Source: Amoebidium appalachense (taxonomy: Eukaryota; Protista; Ichthyosporea). Taken from it: 64,000 nucleotides of DNA. The DNA lies in NCBI GenBank assembly GCA_963693365.1, contig CAVNZM010000008.1:1178001-1242000 (forward strand), read 5' to 3'. A program made the translations under genes and the position numbers. How positions within the stretch are numbered: position 1 is the first letter of the stretch; the number at the start of each line of letters is the position of its first letter. Below are positions 1-22,612 of this stretch, one piece after another. Under the pieces are notes generated by a model. The model saw only the letters and a list, made by a program, of their open reading frames with translations. It was not told the DNA's origin and did no database searches.

Positions 1-479
1 CGACCACACATATTCATATTATGGCCACTCACTGAGTGACCCCACCAGTTGCCCCACCCTCTCCACACACACACACACATGTGTGACACATCATGTGATA
101 CTGTAACACACACGCACACGCACACACCGCGACACACACACACACACTACCTTGGCTAGCTAGTGCTCCTTAGCCCCCGTGCATGTGCAATTGGTATATT
201 TTGTGCACGTGCCGCCATGATCTCGGCCACACACAAGATGTGTATAACTTAAGACAGTAACACAACGTGTGGACCCACCGGGGCCTTCACATCCTTATTA
301 ATTGCGCGTCACACGCGCATGAGGCGCATGCAAGCACTTGGCAAGTTTGGCTATAGGTGGAGTGAGAACATTAACGGGGCCTGGAGGAATAGAGAAGGGA
401 GCCGAGTCCATCGATCTGCAGCTAGCTGTGGCCGTACTACTAATACTGTACGCGTGGGCGCCCGCGGCCGGGGGGGCCT

Positions 480-533
<54 letters not shown>

Positions 534-591
534 AAGGGGAGGGGGGGGGGGGGAGGGGGGCAGCACACATCCAACCATATGTAGAGCACAC

Positions 592-649
<58 letters not shown>

Positions 650-1625
650 CCCCACAGGCCTGCATCACAAACTTCAACTTGTAAAAGCAAGGCCGGAGAT
701 CCGCTCGTTGTTGAAGTAGAAGGGGGGTGAGGCTAAGCCGTGAGGGTTGGGCAAAGTGGGGGCCGGCCCGTGGTGTTGTGTGTGTGAATCGGATCACAAC
801 AAGGGAAGCATGGGGAAGGACATATGAGGGGGGGTGAAGGGGGGCATGTGTGAAAGATGGGGGGAGGGGGGGGAGGGGGGGGGGGGAAGGGGGGAGGCAG
901 GTACGATTATATGGTGACTGCTGGGGATGAATGGACGTTTATTGACAACGCACCACACAGCCAATAGGCCAACACCACAGGTGTCTGAAGTGCAGTTTTT
1001 TTTATTTTTAATGTCCGTTAGCGTTTATAACAGTGTCGCATACCAAGAGGCAATCCCCTTTATATATCAGCCGCAGTACATGCAGGCAGCCAAAGAGAAA
1101 CAAATTTGGCGGCAAGACAGACACACACGAACTAGTACTAGCATGTAGAGCCGTAGGTGGGACGCGGGAGTCGTGGGGAAGGGGGAGGGGAGGGGAGGGC
1201 CTCCAGAATGCGCATGTGCACAAGAGTGAACTCGTGTGTGAGCGCGCAACGGGTGGTGGTGAAGCGGCAGGAGAGAAGAGGGGAGGGGGACTGATATGCA
1301 ACGGAGGATGACTGTACATGTGTCTGAATGCAAGGCACGCGCGGGCGCACAATGTGCGTGTAACCGGTTTGTGTTGGTGTGTGTCTGTGTGTGTCTGTGT
1401 CTGTGTCTATGTGTGTGTGTGTGTGTGTGTGTGTGCGTGCGCGCGGGTCTACGTGTGTGTGTTGGTGTTGTTTACAGTCTGTATGTGCTTCTGGCTTACT
1501 TCGCTAATCCCCCCCCTCCCCCCCCCCCCTCCCCTCTGGGGAGAGAAAGAGGGCGCGGGTGGGGGTAGAGAGAGAGAGGAGGGAGGGGTTTGGGGGGGGG
1601 AGGGAAAGAGAGAGGGGGAGAGAGA

Positions 1626-1672
<47 letters not shown>

Positions 1673-1673
1673 G

Positions 1674-1717
<44 letters not shown>

Positions 1718-3421
1718 GTGTGTGCGTGTGTGTGTGCGTGTGTGGAGATAGAGGATGGAAGGAAGGCACGATCGAGCTCGAAATTTGGTGGGAGAGAAGT
1801 GTGTGTGTGTGTGTGTTTGTGTGTGTGCTGAAGGGGGTTAGTAGAGTGAGGGTTGGGTACTGCATGAGGGGGGAAGGGAAAAAGGCTCGGGTCACAAGTT
1901 GTATATTCACACAGTTCGTGTTGATCAAAAAGCTATGGGGGGATGAGATCTTTCTTAAATGCGAGTTCAAATGCGGAATGCCATAGTATGTGTCAGTTCA
2001 AGTGCATGAGTGTGCACGTGGTGGCGTGGTGTACATGTACGCGTGACCATCAAATTGTCAAACAGGGGTATACATGGTGTTCGATCACATGGGCTTGTGT
2101 GTGAAAAGTGTCAGCCTGTGCGTCACTCACTATGGGAAAGTTTGTGTGAAACCGGTACCCACCCAGAGATGTCGATGACTCTGATAGGAGGGCAAAAAAA
2201 CAACAAAAGAGTCGTTATGTAGGCAAAGCCTTCGGAAGTACCGCAAACAATAATGTGTGTTATTCCTTGTGGCATGTGTGTGCCCCGGCTTTATTTCTCG
2301 GTGTATCTGTGAGTGAATAGGGTAGGGTGTCTGTGTGCTCGGCAGCGTGTAGGCATCTGGTGGTGCGTGCGAACCAAGCAAGCACGTTTCATGACGTCAT
2401 GACGTGTAAACGCGTGTCTGCCTGCATGGTGGTGCGGGCAATATATGTGTGTTCGCCCAGCGAGAAGTAGAGATGTGTGGACAAGCACAGTAAGTGTGGA
2501 TGCAGTTTAAGTTGGGTTGAAGCACAACTAAATTAAACGCATTACAAAGTAACAAGTGAGGGAGGGCATGATTATTTACCCACCACTGAGTCAATCTGAT
2601 CGGTACTGGCAACGTAGTCGTTCGCCATCATCAGACTTGATCGGGGACATAATAATACTATTACAAATGATGCTGTTCTCCTCATCCTCCAGTCTGCCTG
2701 CTACTGACTCTGCTACTACCTACCAAAACTGCGTCACAAACCGAGTCACAAACCGTGGAGTCGCATGAGCCCTCCTCGCGTGCAAAAACACCAAGCGAAG
2801 TTGGAAGGTCCAAAAACAGCACCGGTACCATCGTGAGCTGACGACAGACGTCATGGAATGTAACAGGCATAGTCAGTCATGTTTGCTACTGTGCGCCACT
2901 TGGGAAAATTTTGCGGATGCCACAGAAAAATCACCATATACAGTGAAGGGGTTAGACTCTTTCCACCCACCCACAAAGTGGCACCCGCTCACCACCACCA
3001 CCATTCGCAACAAAGGAAAGTCTGCCCGCAGCAGCCAGCTGCCCGCAGCCAAGGCTTGTTCCTTCACCTTTTTATTCGGCAACAGTACAAGAGCTCAGGA
3101 ATCCGTATGGCATACATTTTTAACGAGCTTCAGATTCCCCAATAGACACATTTTACTATAACACAATTTGAGAAGTATAGTATAAGTATATCGAGATATA
3201 CTTATGTGGTCAATTTTTACCGTACCATTTTTTGTTTAGTATATAAAAAGTATATCGCGAACAGCCGACCCGATCTTGGTGCGCATTTGATGCGTTCGCC
3301 TCCAATCAAGTTCGATCTGGCCAAACGATATACTATACTTCCGAAATATATCTTTTGGCTTTTTCATATGATCGATATACTTAAAGATCGATATACTTAA
3401 GATCGATATACTTAAAGATCG

Positions 3422-3740
3422 AGGGACTTCACTTTCACTTCGATCTCTTAGCCGTCACGTCAACTTTTTTCCCCGATTCTTCACCATGGCAGGTATAAAA
3501 AGGCTTTCGTTTCTTCTTTTTGTGGGACTTCACTTTCACTTCGATCTCTTATTATAGCTGTCACGTCAACCTTTTTTTCCCGATTCTTCACCATGGCAGG
3601 TATATTAAGGCTTTCGTTAAACGTTTCTTCTTTTTGTGGGACTTCACTTTCACTTCTATCTCTTAGCTGTCACGTCAACTTTTTTTCCCCGATTCTTCAC
3701 CATGGCAGGTATATAAAGGCTTTCGTTTCTTCTTTTTGTG
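3422..3740 (+). repeat. Tandem triplication of a ~102-114 bp unit, each containing accATGGCAG|GTATA
   Basis: Three near-identical copies start gggacttcactttcacttc at 3422, 3524 and 3638; ATGs at 3486, 3593 and 3702 are each followed by a GT donor-like site. Confidence 0.9.
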
Positions 3741-4372
3741 GTGGGAGGGAGTCCCACTCAGGGTAACGTGACTGCAGCGTGTGTGTGGTGTGGCCTGGTG
3801 TATTCCTACTGCTGTGAGAGTGCGGGGGCACCTTCTGACCTTTCGCGGAGTTTCTCGCTTGAGAAGTGGTTTCTTCAACGCCTGGTGGTCCACTGCAACC
3901 TATGGTAACTTCTACACGCTGTCTACGCTTCTACGCGACCTATTGGCGGTGGGCTGCAGCAGCTTCTTCAGCTACTTCTGCGCTGCGTGAGTGGAGGGGC
4001 GGCTACTTGGTCGTGCAGTTTCTCCGGGTTATCTAGGGGCCGGGCCCGTTGGGATTGTTTTTTAGCTCAGATTTGGTCTGCATTGCTCTTTTAGAGGCTG
4101 ACTTGCTTGCTGTGCCTCGATAGGTTTTGAGGGGGGCCTGTTGGGAAGGAGCAGTAATGAACGTCTTCTTGCAGACTCTGAGTGTGGTCTGGTCAACATC
4201 GATGCATATGACTAGTTGGAGCAAACTAGTTTCACGCATACACGTGCACTTACGGTTTCAGCCCGCTGGTGTCCTTTGTCACTTGTCGCTTTATTATTAT
4301 TTCGTAGCTTTGGCTTTTTCAGTTCTATTGGTGGTTATGTAGCCTGTGCCTGCACGTTGCCTTCATCAACGG

Positions 4373-4762
4373 ATCAATAAATCAGGAGTCATGGGGCGAG
4401 TGGCCGAGCGAGACCGAAATAACGAGGTCGAGCGAGGACACGAGCCGACATGATCCGGTTACGATATGACCCATAAAAAATTCACTTTATTGATACATTA
4501 TGCAAACTTTAACTCGGTTATTTGATTCATATATCATTACATTCACATTTCAGGCTTACATTTTCCTAGTGATCGCTTTGATTGGCTAGCTGCGCACTCA
4601 CCCATTAACCCGGTTATTCGATTCCTCTAACCCAATAGAAATGTCCATAGCCTGGTTATTTCGGTGAGTGCGCTCTAGGCCAATCACGGCAAGACTAACT
4701 GAAGTTAAAGGTCGTGTCGTCATCCAATCAGATCACACCCCGACGCTCGGAATATCGTAACC
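4373..4762. mobile_element. Nested-palindrome non-coding element, possibly a Crypton-like non-autonomous element
   Basis: Inverted pairs: atcaataaa (4373-4381) / tttattgat (4486-4494); ggttacgatat (~4457) / atatcgtaacc (~4752); gattggctagctgcgcactcacc (~4580) / ggtgagtgcgctctaggccaatc (~4663). The family assignment is inference only. Confidence 0.35.
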
Positions 4763-6363
4763 CGAGTCAAAAGAAAAGAAATACCGAAGTATATCGATTT
4801 AAGTATATCGATTTTGATTATCTTTTTCGCGATCTTACCAGATTTGGCAGGTTATGCTTTACTTTTCAAAATGTATTATGGTAAAATGTGTCTAATATAC
4901 ACATTTTTATCTAGTTTGATAGAGTTGTGTTATTTGTGTGGCTCATGTTCTAATTTATATTCAACGGGTATCGTTTGCCGTACTTCGAGGCAAGAGAATA
5001 ACTCGAAGAGTGACACATTTGATTGGTTCTCATAAAGCCTCATCGGGACCCGGTCCCCCGGTTCCATGTCCATGGCGGCTACAGCCTACAATAAGACCTT
5101 CGAAGTTCACGAGCTACTACTGTACAGTCCAGTCATGCAAAAGTCAAACTGTTAGAGATAAAAATGGATATTGAATTACTTTTATGATATAAAAATATAC
5201 AAACAGTATTTAGCAGCATCGACTATTAGCTAGAATTTGGACCAGAAAACTTGAATCTGCGTGCAAGGAATCAATCAATAGCTACAATTGGCTTGTTATC
5301 ACGGCATTCACTTACTCGCCGACACACAAAATTTTTAGCCTAAATTTAGATTAGGCTCCGGTCATAATAAATTGTTCTTCGGATAATAAAGAGCTAAGCT
5401 GTTATTATTGTAGTCCGTTTTCTTTTTAGAAGGGTATTTTGGGCTTTCGAAGGCAAAAAGCGCTGGCAAACACCCGGGTTACACCCCATATGCTTACGGT
5501 ACGACTTTTGCCTGAGAATAAAGAATATGATTGGCGCTATTGCTTCCGAGGAGACGGGCAAAAGTGTTGACAAATTCCGAGATCTCGGTAACAGCGACCG
5601 TCGAAGTTTCGGTCACAGTGCTATTGTCTTCTCCTCATATTAACTAATTTATGACCTGAATAACAATTAGCAGCTGTTGGAAAAATACAGCTGTACAAAT
5701 ATTATATTTGAAACACATGTCACAACTCACAAGCTCTCCGCACTGAAATGCGTGCCCCCTGTCACGCACAGGCACATGAGTCATAATCGTGTGAACTTGT
5801 GACTCTTGTTTTTGTAGTAGTCAGCTGACAGACACTGTAAGAATATGTTTGCCCTGCTTTGATATTTGGGCCCTTGCACCAATCATTCGCACATTCTTCA
5901 GATTATTTCTAACCAAAGCCGTCTTTGATTGGCTGCCCATTGTAACACGTTGCGCACTGGTAAGACAGCGTCCGGCACACAAGACCGCATTTCGTCACCC
6001 CAGCCACACAGAGTAAACCGCAGTACACAAGAACGTGAAAGTGATAAACCTTGACAGGATTCCTTGCGTTTTTAGAGTAATTCAGTTGAAGACGATAGTG
6101 AACACGATAATTTATGTGCGCGTATTTTGACCAACGTTGTGCATATAAATATTAATAGGTCTAAATACATCACCCAAAAATAGTTCCACTCAGTGACGTT
6201 CACAACAAACCCAACTCTTATGGTACACACACGTTCACTCCGTCGACCTAATTTGGCGTTTTGTGCACTCTGAACAGAGAGTTCTGACTACAAATACTCA
6301 CGTACACACACAGAGCTAGTAATAAAACCGCTTCCTGGGGCTGGCGTATGCTCTTTAACCACC

Positions 6364-7349
6364 ATGCAGGCACCAGCTGCAACAAGTACTTCCCCAATAA
6401 CGGAACGTGAGGAGTCAAGCTTCGAATACACGAGTGTGCTGCAAAGGAAGCTGGTAGAGAGCATTGCGCGCCAACTTGCACAAACGGGCAAAGTTGACGG
6501 GCAAACGCTCGAGAAATTTGAGCGGAACCTGTTTGTGGAGAGTGCGACTGCCCTGCTGATGGCTGGTGAGTGCTGTGTGCACAATGGTGTTCGAAATGCT
6601 GCGCAAGTGGTGTTTTAATGGGGTGCATGTAATATACTATTTTCATGCTGTGCGAGTGATGCGTTCGTTGTTGTGACTATGAGGTTCTTTTGTTATTGGT
6701 GAGTTTTTTGCTTAGGATGGTTTTTTTTTGTTGTTTGTTTAATATTTGGAACGGAAGGGTTATGGTGGTTAGAGCGGAGTGGAGGGGTTGCATCTGTTGT
6801 CTCCCCGTTAAGTCAACGGTTTGCGGATACGTGGACAGAAGCATGCAAGGGCCTCAGGATGCAGGCTGCTTGCATCGGGTTCATATTAGGTTATATTGGC
6901 TTCTGAATTGGACTATTGTTTTGTTGAACACCAGTGTGTTCACTGCTTCCTTTTTTCTTTCTCGCCCCCACCTTTTTGTTGCCTTCCCTTTCTTGACTGT
7001 CTTAATTCTCCTGCTTCATTTTGACGCTCTTGTTTTCAATACAGAGGCCCAGAGCCTAAGTGACCCGGACCTCATCAACGTGCTTGAGAACCTACGGGCA
7101 CTGCACATGGCCATCATCGTTACATTCATGCCCTACCCTCCATACCACAAACAGGCACGCAAGTGGATCAACGAGTATTTCAAGGAGAACCAGGTGTACT
7201 GTGCGTGGGTGGACACACAGGAGAACACACCCACACTGGCTATTCCCGCTGCTACTGCCTCCCCCACCGCCCTTGCCTACCTTCCCATGCTTCCTGTCGG
7301 AGTAATGCCACCACTCAACCAACTACCACGCTCTCAGGCTGCTCTGTAG
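6364..7349 (+). CDS. Two-exon hypothetical protein, ~168 aa, helical core plus Ala/Pro-rich tail
   Basis: accATG at 6364; exon 1 6364-6565 ends GCT G|gtgagt; pyrimidine tract and acag| acceptor, exon 2 7045-7349. The phase-1 junction joins in frame (..ALLMA-E-AQSLSDPDL..). No recognisable domain. Confidence 0.7.
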
Positions 7350-7824
7350 ACAACTTGAAATGAACTGATTTGTGTGATGTAAGATGGTTTTCGACGCGCG
7401 TGGGCGGCAAACCAGGACTGGTTTCTGGTTCTGGCATATGACCATGGTTGAATGGAAGTAGTGTTGAATGTGTTGTCGGGTGATGTTCTGTGAGCACAAA
7501 GACAAAGACAAAAAAAATGAAGTAATAGTAGGTATCAAAAGAGAGCGAGAAGCGAAAGGAAATGTGTCTTTATGTAGAGGTGTTTGAATGTCCAAGTTTC
7601 TTTCTTTCCTCTTTTTTTTTTTTTTGGCTTTGTGAGACAACGTAAATGGGCTCAGTGCAGGTCACTGAAACCCCCTGTGTGTAGAGTATAGTGTGTGTAC
7701 ATAATTAGATAACACGGCCTGCGAACTATATGGAACACCTATTACAAAAACAACCCTGCTTCCCAGGGGCCACTTCCACCACGATGGGTCTTTGCCTCTT
7801 GTGCCTGTGCATTGAAATTTGCCA

Positions 7825-7915
7825 CGGATCCGGCGATGCATGACGACATGTGCATGTTTCCCATATGCACTAATCCGGCCATGACGACATGTGCATGTTT
7901 CCCATGCACTAATGG
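7825..7915. repeat. ~42 bp direct tandem duplication
   Basis: catgacgacatgtgcatgtttcccat(at)gcactaat occurs twice in tandem. Confidence 0.8.
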
Positions 7916-8694
7916 CAGTCCTATGATCATGTGCATGCCACGATCGGGCAGACGGCGGCGGCGGGCGGTGAGGGAGGGGGGGCTCAATGGGCCAATTGCG
8001 TCAAACGGTGAACGATCATGGAGTAACTGGTATGCAATGCTTTATATCTGCTGCTGGCCATTTATTTTTTCGACTTAGCCATGCATCCCGAGTAACCATG
8101 ACTGGTGTGTTCAAAAAGTATCTCTTTCTGGGACCAAACAAATATAACATGTACAGACAGCAGTCACTATTTCATGTCGTTTTTCCGTGATTGTCCAAGC
8201 TTGAATTATCTTTACTGCAAAATTATATTCAAGCTAAACCAGTAATCGTTATGCAGGCTGCATATCTAATGCAGGATCGAGGCCACTCAAAAAGTACTCT
8301 CTGAAAACTTCTTTGGTTAGACAACACAACACGGAAAAGCCAACTTCTCAAGTTCACCATCAAAGCTCCTATTAGTGATAAAGTTGATCTTAATTATGTA
8401 CTTCTCGAGGTACTAACGCATTAATTAACCTGACGTTTTAATGTCAATATTAATTTATCTTTGCCTATTTACTTAGCTATGTAAATACTATACATTAGGC
8501 CACACGCACACAACCAACACCAATTATGTTCCAAAGTGTTCCAGCCCTCAACCTCGTAAGACATGTACATTGTCAAACCATCACATCACCTTTGCTTATT
8601 CCATACAAAATGAATCCCGTTGCGGTGCGCGCCCTACAAATCCACTCACCAAAACAAGTTTTATTGGACCAGGTGCCACATCAAATCACAAAAG

Positions 8695-8734
<40 letters not shown>

Positions 8735-8746
8735 CCCTCCCCCCCC

Positions 8747-8787
<41 letters not shown>

Positions 8788-8848
8788 AAAAAAAGAAAAA
8801 ACCTGCGGGCGCTTTTCAAACAACAACACTGTAAACCAGCAACATGGA

Positions 8849-19753
<10,905 letters not shown>

Positions 19754-20305
19754 TTTTCCTTTCTCTGCGTGCACCTTTTAGTTAACACACAAATTAGTTG
19801 ATAAATTGAGGTATCGGTGCCCTTTTGTGTCTATACAGCCTGAAAGAGATTGGTTCGTCCCGTTGGTGCACCCTCTCATTCCACTTTGTGTGCCCCAAGC
19901 CACAAACCTGTTTCCATTACGAATCAAAAGCCAGTAGCCACTTGCATCAGCTCTTGCATAAAGCTAAAGTTTTTTCTCTCGTGTATTCTCAGCCCCCCCA
20001 GAGAACAACATAGCTAGCATACACACGTCTATACCAAGTGCTCCATCCCCACTTCATGTACTTGCGGCCTATGTAACAGCAAAAAAATTAGTCCACCACA
20101 AACGGTAATTTTTCGTGGCGGGCTCTCTGTGTGGCTCACAGCCAGATCAAAAGAATTCGCGGGAGTCGTGATCACTCAAACCAAGCTTAAGGCCTCAGTC
20201 GACTGTGCATAAGTTGAACTGGCGTGTGTACACATCTTGATGTGTGCGTGTCTGCATGCAGACTCTGCGTGTGTTTCTGGACAGCTGTCTGTGTCTGTGT
20301 GTGTG

Positions 20306-20352
<47 letters not shown>

Positions 20353-20471
20353 ATGTGTGCGTGCGTGCGTGTGTGTTTGTGCGTGCATGCGGGTGCGTGA
20401 GTGTGCGTGCTTGCGTGCGTGCCTGCGTGCGTGCCTGCGTGTGTGTGCGTGAATGCGGGTGCACGAGTGTG

Positions 20472-20518
<47 letters not shown>

Positions 20519-20571
20519 TTTTTGAGTATGTGTGTTTGCGTTTGTGTGTGTGCGCGTGCGTGTGTGTCGTC

Positions 20572-21190
20572 CTACAACCTGTGATACAAGTTAGTGACTG
20601 GCTTACGAAGCCCTTCGAGGTGATGGGATCTGGCTGTGGCTGATGATGGTGTAACAGAGGGCTGGCAGAGAGACTGGACGAGACGAATGTCCCCAGGGTC
20701 GGTTACCTGGTCACCTGCTGAACCGCCGGGTTCTCTCAACATAAGGATGCTAATAACCTGTTCAACAAAAAGGGAGAGGGGACGAGGGCATGTATAAGTG
20801 TATTTCAAGCATACCGCAGAAGCTAATACAGTCTCCGTGGAGGCAATGCAGTTGCTAAAGAGCATCGAGAAAGTTTGGGTGGCAGTGCACAGAATCATAT
20901 ACTTGAACACCGACCAAAATATGCCCCCAATGGTTTCGGCCCTGGCTCTAGAAGGTCGCCCACTTGTGATTCCTGAAACAAGGTTTCAGCTTTCATAAGC
21001 CTGGGGAGTAAGGGCTCTACGAGGGAGTTTAAGGGAAAGGGAGGAGGGGGAGGAAGGAAGAGGGTGCTGAGGGGGCACTATAGGGAGAGCTTTTAGGGCC
21101 CCTTTAGGTATCCCACCAAGCATAGAGTTGGAGATTTGGAACTCATCAGTGGCAAAAAGCTTAAGAGATATTATGCCTACTGGCGGCATT
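20572..21190 (-). mobile_element. Possible decayed retroelement ORF fragment ending at a (CA)/(CGCA) microsatellite
   Basis: Coding-like stretch with an internal stop ends ..LEGLRKPVTNLYHRL* a few bases before a long microsatellite, the same geometry as the LINE 3' end at 43834. No diagnostic motif. Confidence 0.25.
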
Positions 21191-21907
21191 GATCATAATG
21201 TATCTTAGCTGTATCTCCCAAGTCTTCATGTCACCGCAAACGTAAAAGAAGAGGGTTCAACCACTAAAATGTGAATGGTATATTTGTACGCTAAGTTGCC
21301 AACCCAGCAACACAACTCCAAATAGGCGGTGCTCTTGGAAGTGAATCTTACCCAATTTTTGCTACAATATGTTTGCCTGCCGATACTGGTGCTCACTTCG
21401 TAGCTCTGAAGAAACTAGACACATACGAATATGGTTGGTCACTTAATCAGACCTTGGATTTTTACTTTGCATCTCGGTTTAACAAATTATGACTTCGACG
21501 AAACTTTTTTTCGAAGACAGCAACAAGAAACAAGAAAAAAGCGCCTCGCCGGCAGCATGAGCTGGGTACTCCCTTCAGTACCTCGTCACAAAGCTATTTC
21601 TGGAGAGCCTGGTCTGTTCTACACTAAACACTAGTTGACGTGACTTTAAAACTTTCATTCGAGTATGTCAACATCAAAATTAAAAATTACAGTATTGATC
21701 CTTGTCTCTCGTAACCAAACAAGTGAGTGTGTCAAATGAACTACTGGTGTTAAACAAGAATCAGTAACAAAAAAAAGAGAACTTTTGGTACTCAAAAGGA
21801 ATCCGGAAAAAAAAAAAAAAAAAAACAGTTACAATTGCTTCAAGCGTTTATCGCGTATTTCAGGAAAGCCTTCCATGCAACATCATGGAAAGGGGCACTA
21901 GTGAAGA

Positions 21908-22612
21908 CTAGCTACTGGCATTTGCCCCCTTCTTTGTCCGCACTGCCTCGAGGATTTGTTGGACTAGGCGGAGTGCCTTTATTTTGAGCTCGCGTGGTGT
22001 GCCCTGCTTGTGATTGAGAAGAAGTCGGCTCACTGCAGCACTCACAGCCTGCTTGTTTCCTCGAGTGACAGCAAGAGCAACGGCCTGTTGAGCCACGTCC
22101 GCCTCGGTAGTAGGCAGAGGGGTTGCTTGTAGATGCAGCGAGTCTAGCCCTTGAGACATCTGCACGTCCAACTCGTTGTCGTCAAACGTGACTGCACCAG
22201 GAGTGGAGGGTTCGAGGGGCGACAGAGGTGCACTGCTCGCGGTGCCGTCCTCGTCTTCAATCAGAAAGGAAAAGGGCCGCCATATGGAGCTATTACAAGA
22301 CTCGACGCTAGAAGCACGCTTTCTCCGTGTGATGGCCTTTGAGGTTTCGTTGCTGCGTGGACCCAGGTTTTTGCGTGGGCCGGCACCCAAATGGAAGTCG
22401 CGGTTGCGAGCGGAGTCTGACACTGCACGAGCACGCCGTTTGGTTACACGGACATCACTAGGAGCAATACGCTGTAAAGGAAACGAATATCCGTAGCTAT
22501 CTTTTGCGGCCTCAACTGAGGAGAAGGGGGAACCTTGAAGCACGGGAGATGTTGGGCATGCATGCATGGCCTCTAAGCCACACTCGTTTACGACAGGTAA
22601 CATGGTGGCCAT
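21908..22612 (-). CDS. Intronless hypothetical protein, 234 aa, Ser/Arg-rich disordered region plus short helical C-terminus
   Basis: Clean non-repetitive ORF with aaaATGg start; basophilic sites RRARAVS and RRKRASS; several CCAATCA boxes upstream (~22838, 23168, 23221, 23256). No recognisable domain. Confidence 0.7.
   Translation of the reverse strand: MATMLPVVNECGLEAMHACPTSPVLQGSPFSSVEAAKDSYGYSFPLQRIAPSDVRVTKRRARAVSDSARNRDFHLGAGPRKNLGPRSNETSKAITRRKRASSVESCNSSIWRPFSFLIEDEDGTASSAPLSPLEPSTPGAVTFDDNELDVQMSQGLDSLHLQATPLPTTEADVAQQAVALAVTRGNKQAVSAAVSRLLLNHKQGTPRELKIKALRLVQQILEAVRTKKGANASS

Larger units (their letters stand above)
3170..4812. mobile_element. Degenerate MITE-like element with AAGTATATCGAT repeats in both orientations, apparently split by ~1.36 kb of other DNA
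   Basis: ATCGATATACTT x3 at 3371-3421 is the reverse complement of AAGTATATCGAT x2 at 4787-4812. An internal palindrome pairs aagtatagtata..tatcg (~3173-3195) with cgatatactatactt (~3327-3341). No TSD identified. Confidence 0.4.

Noticed and set aside
298-797. Overlapping ORFs and possible terminal exons near the window start (e.g. cag|ACITNFNL*, or minus-strand ..PIAKLAKCLHAPHARVTRN*)
   Set aside because: No recognisable motif, both strands equally plausible, and ORF length is inflated by poly-G/C; no gene model can be supported.
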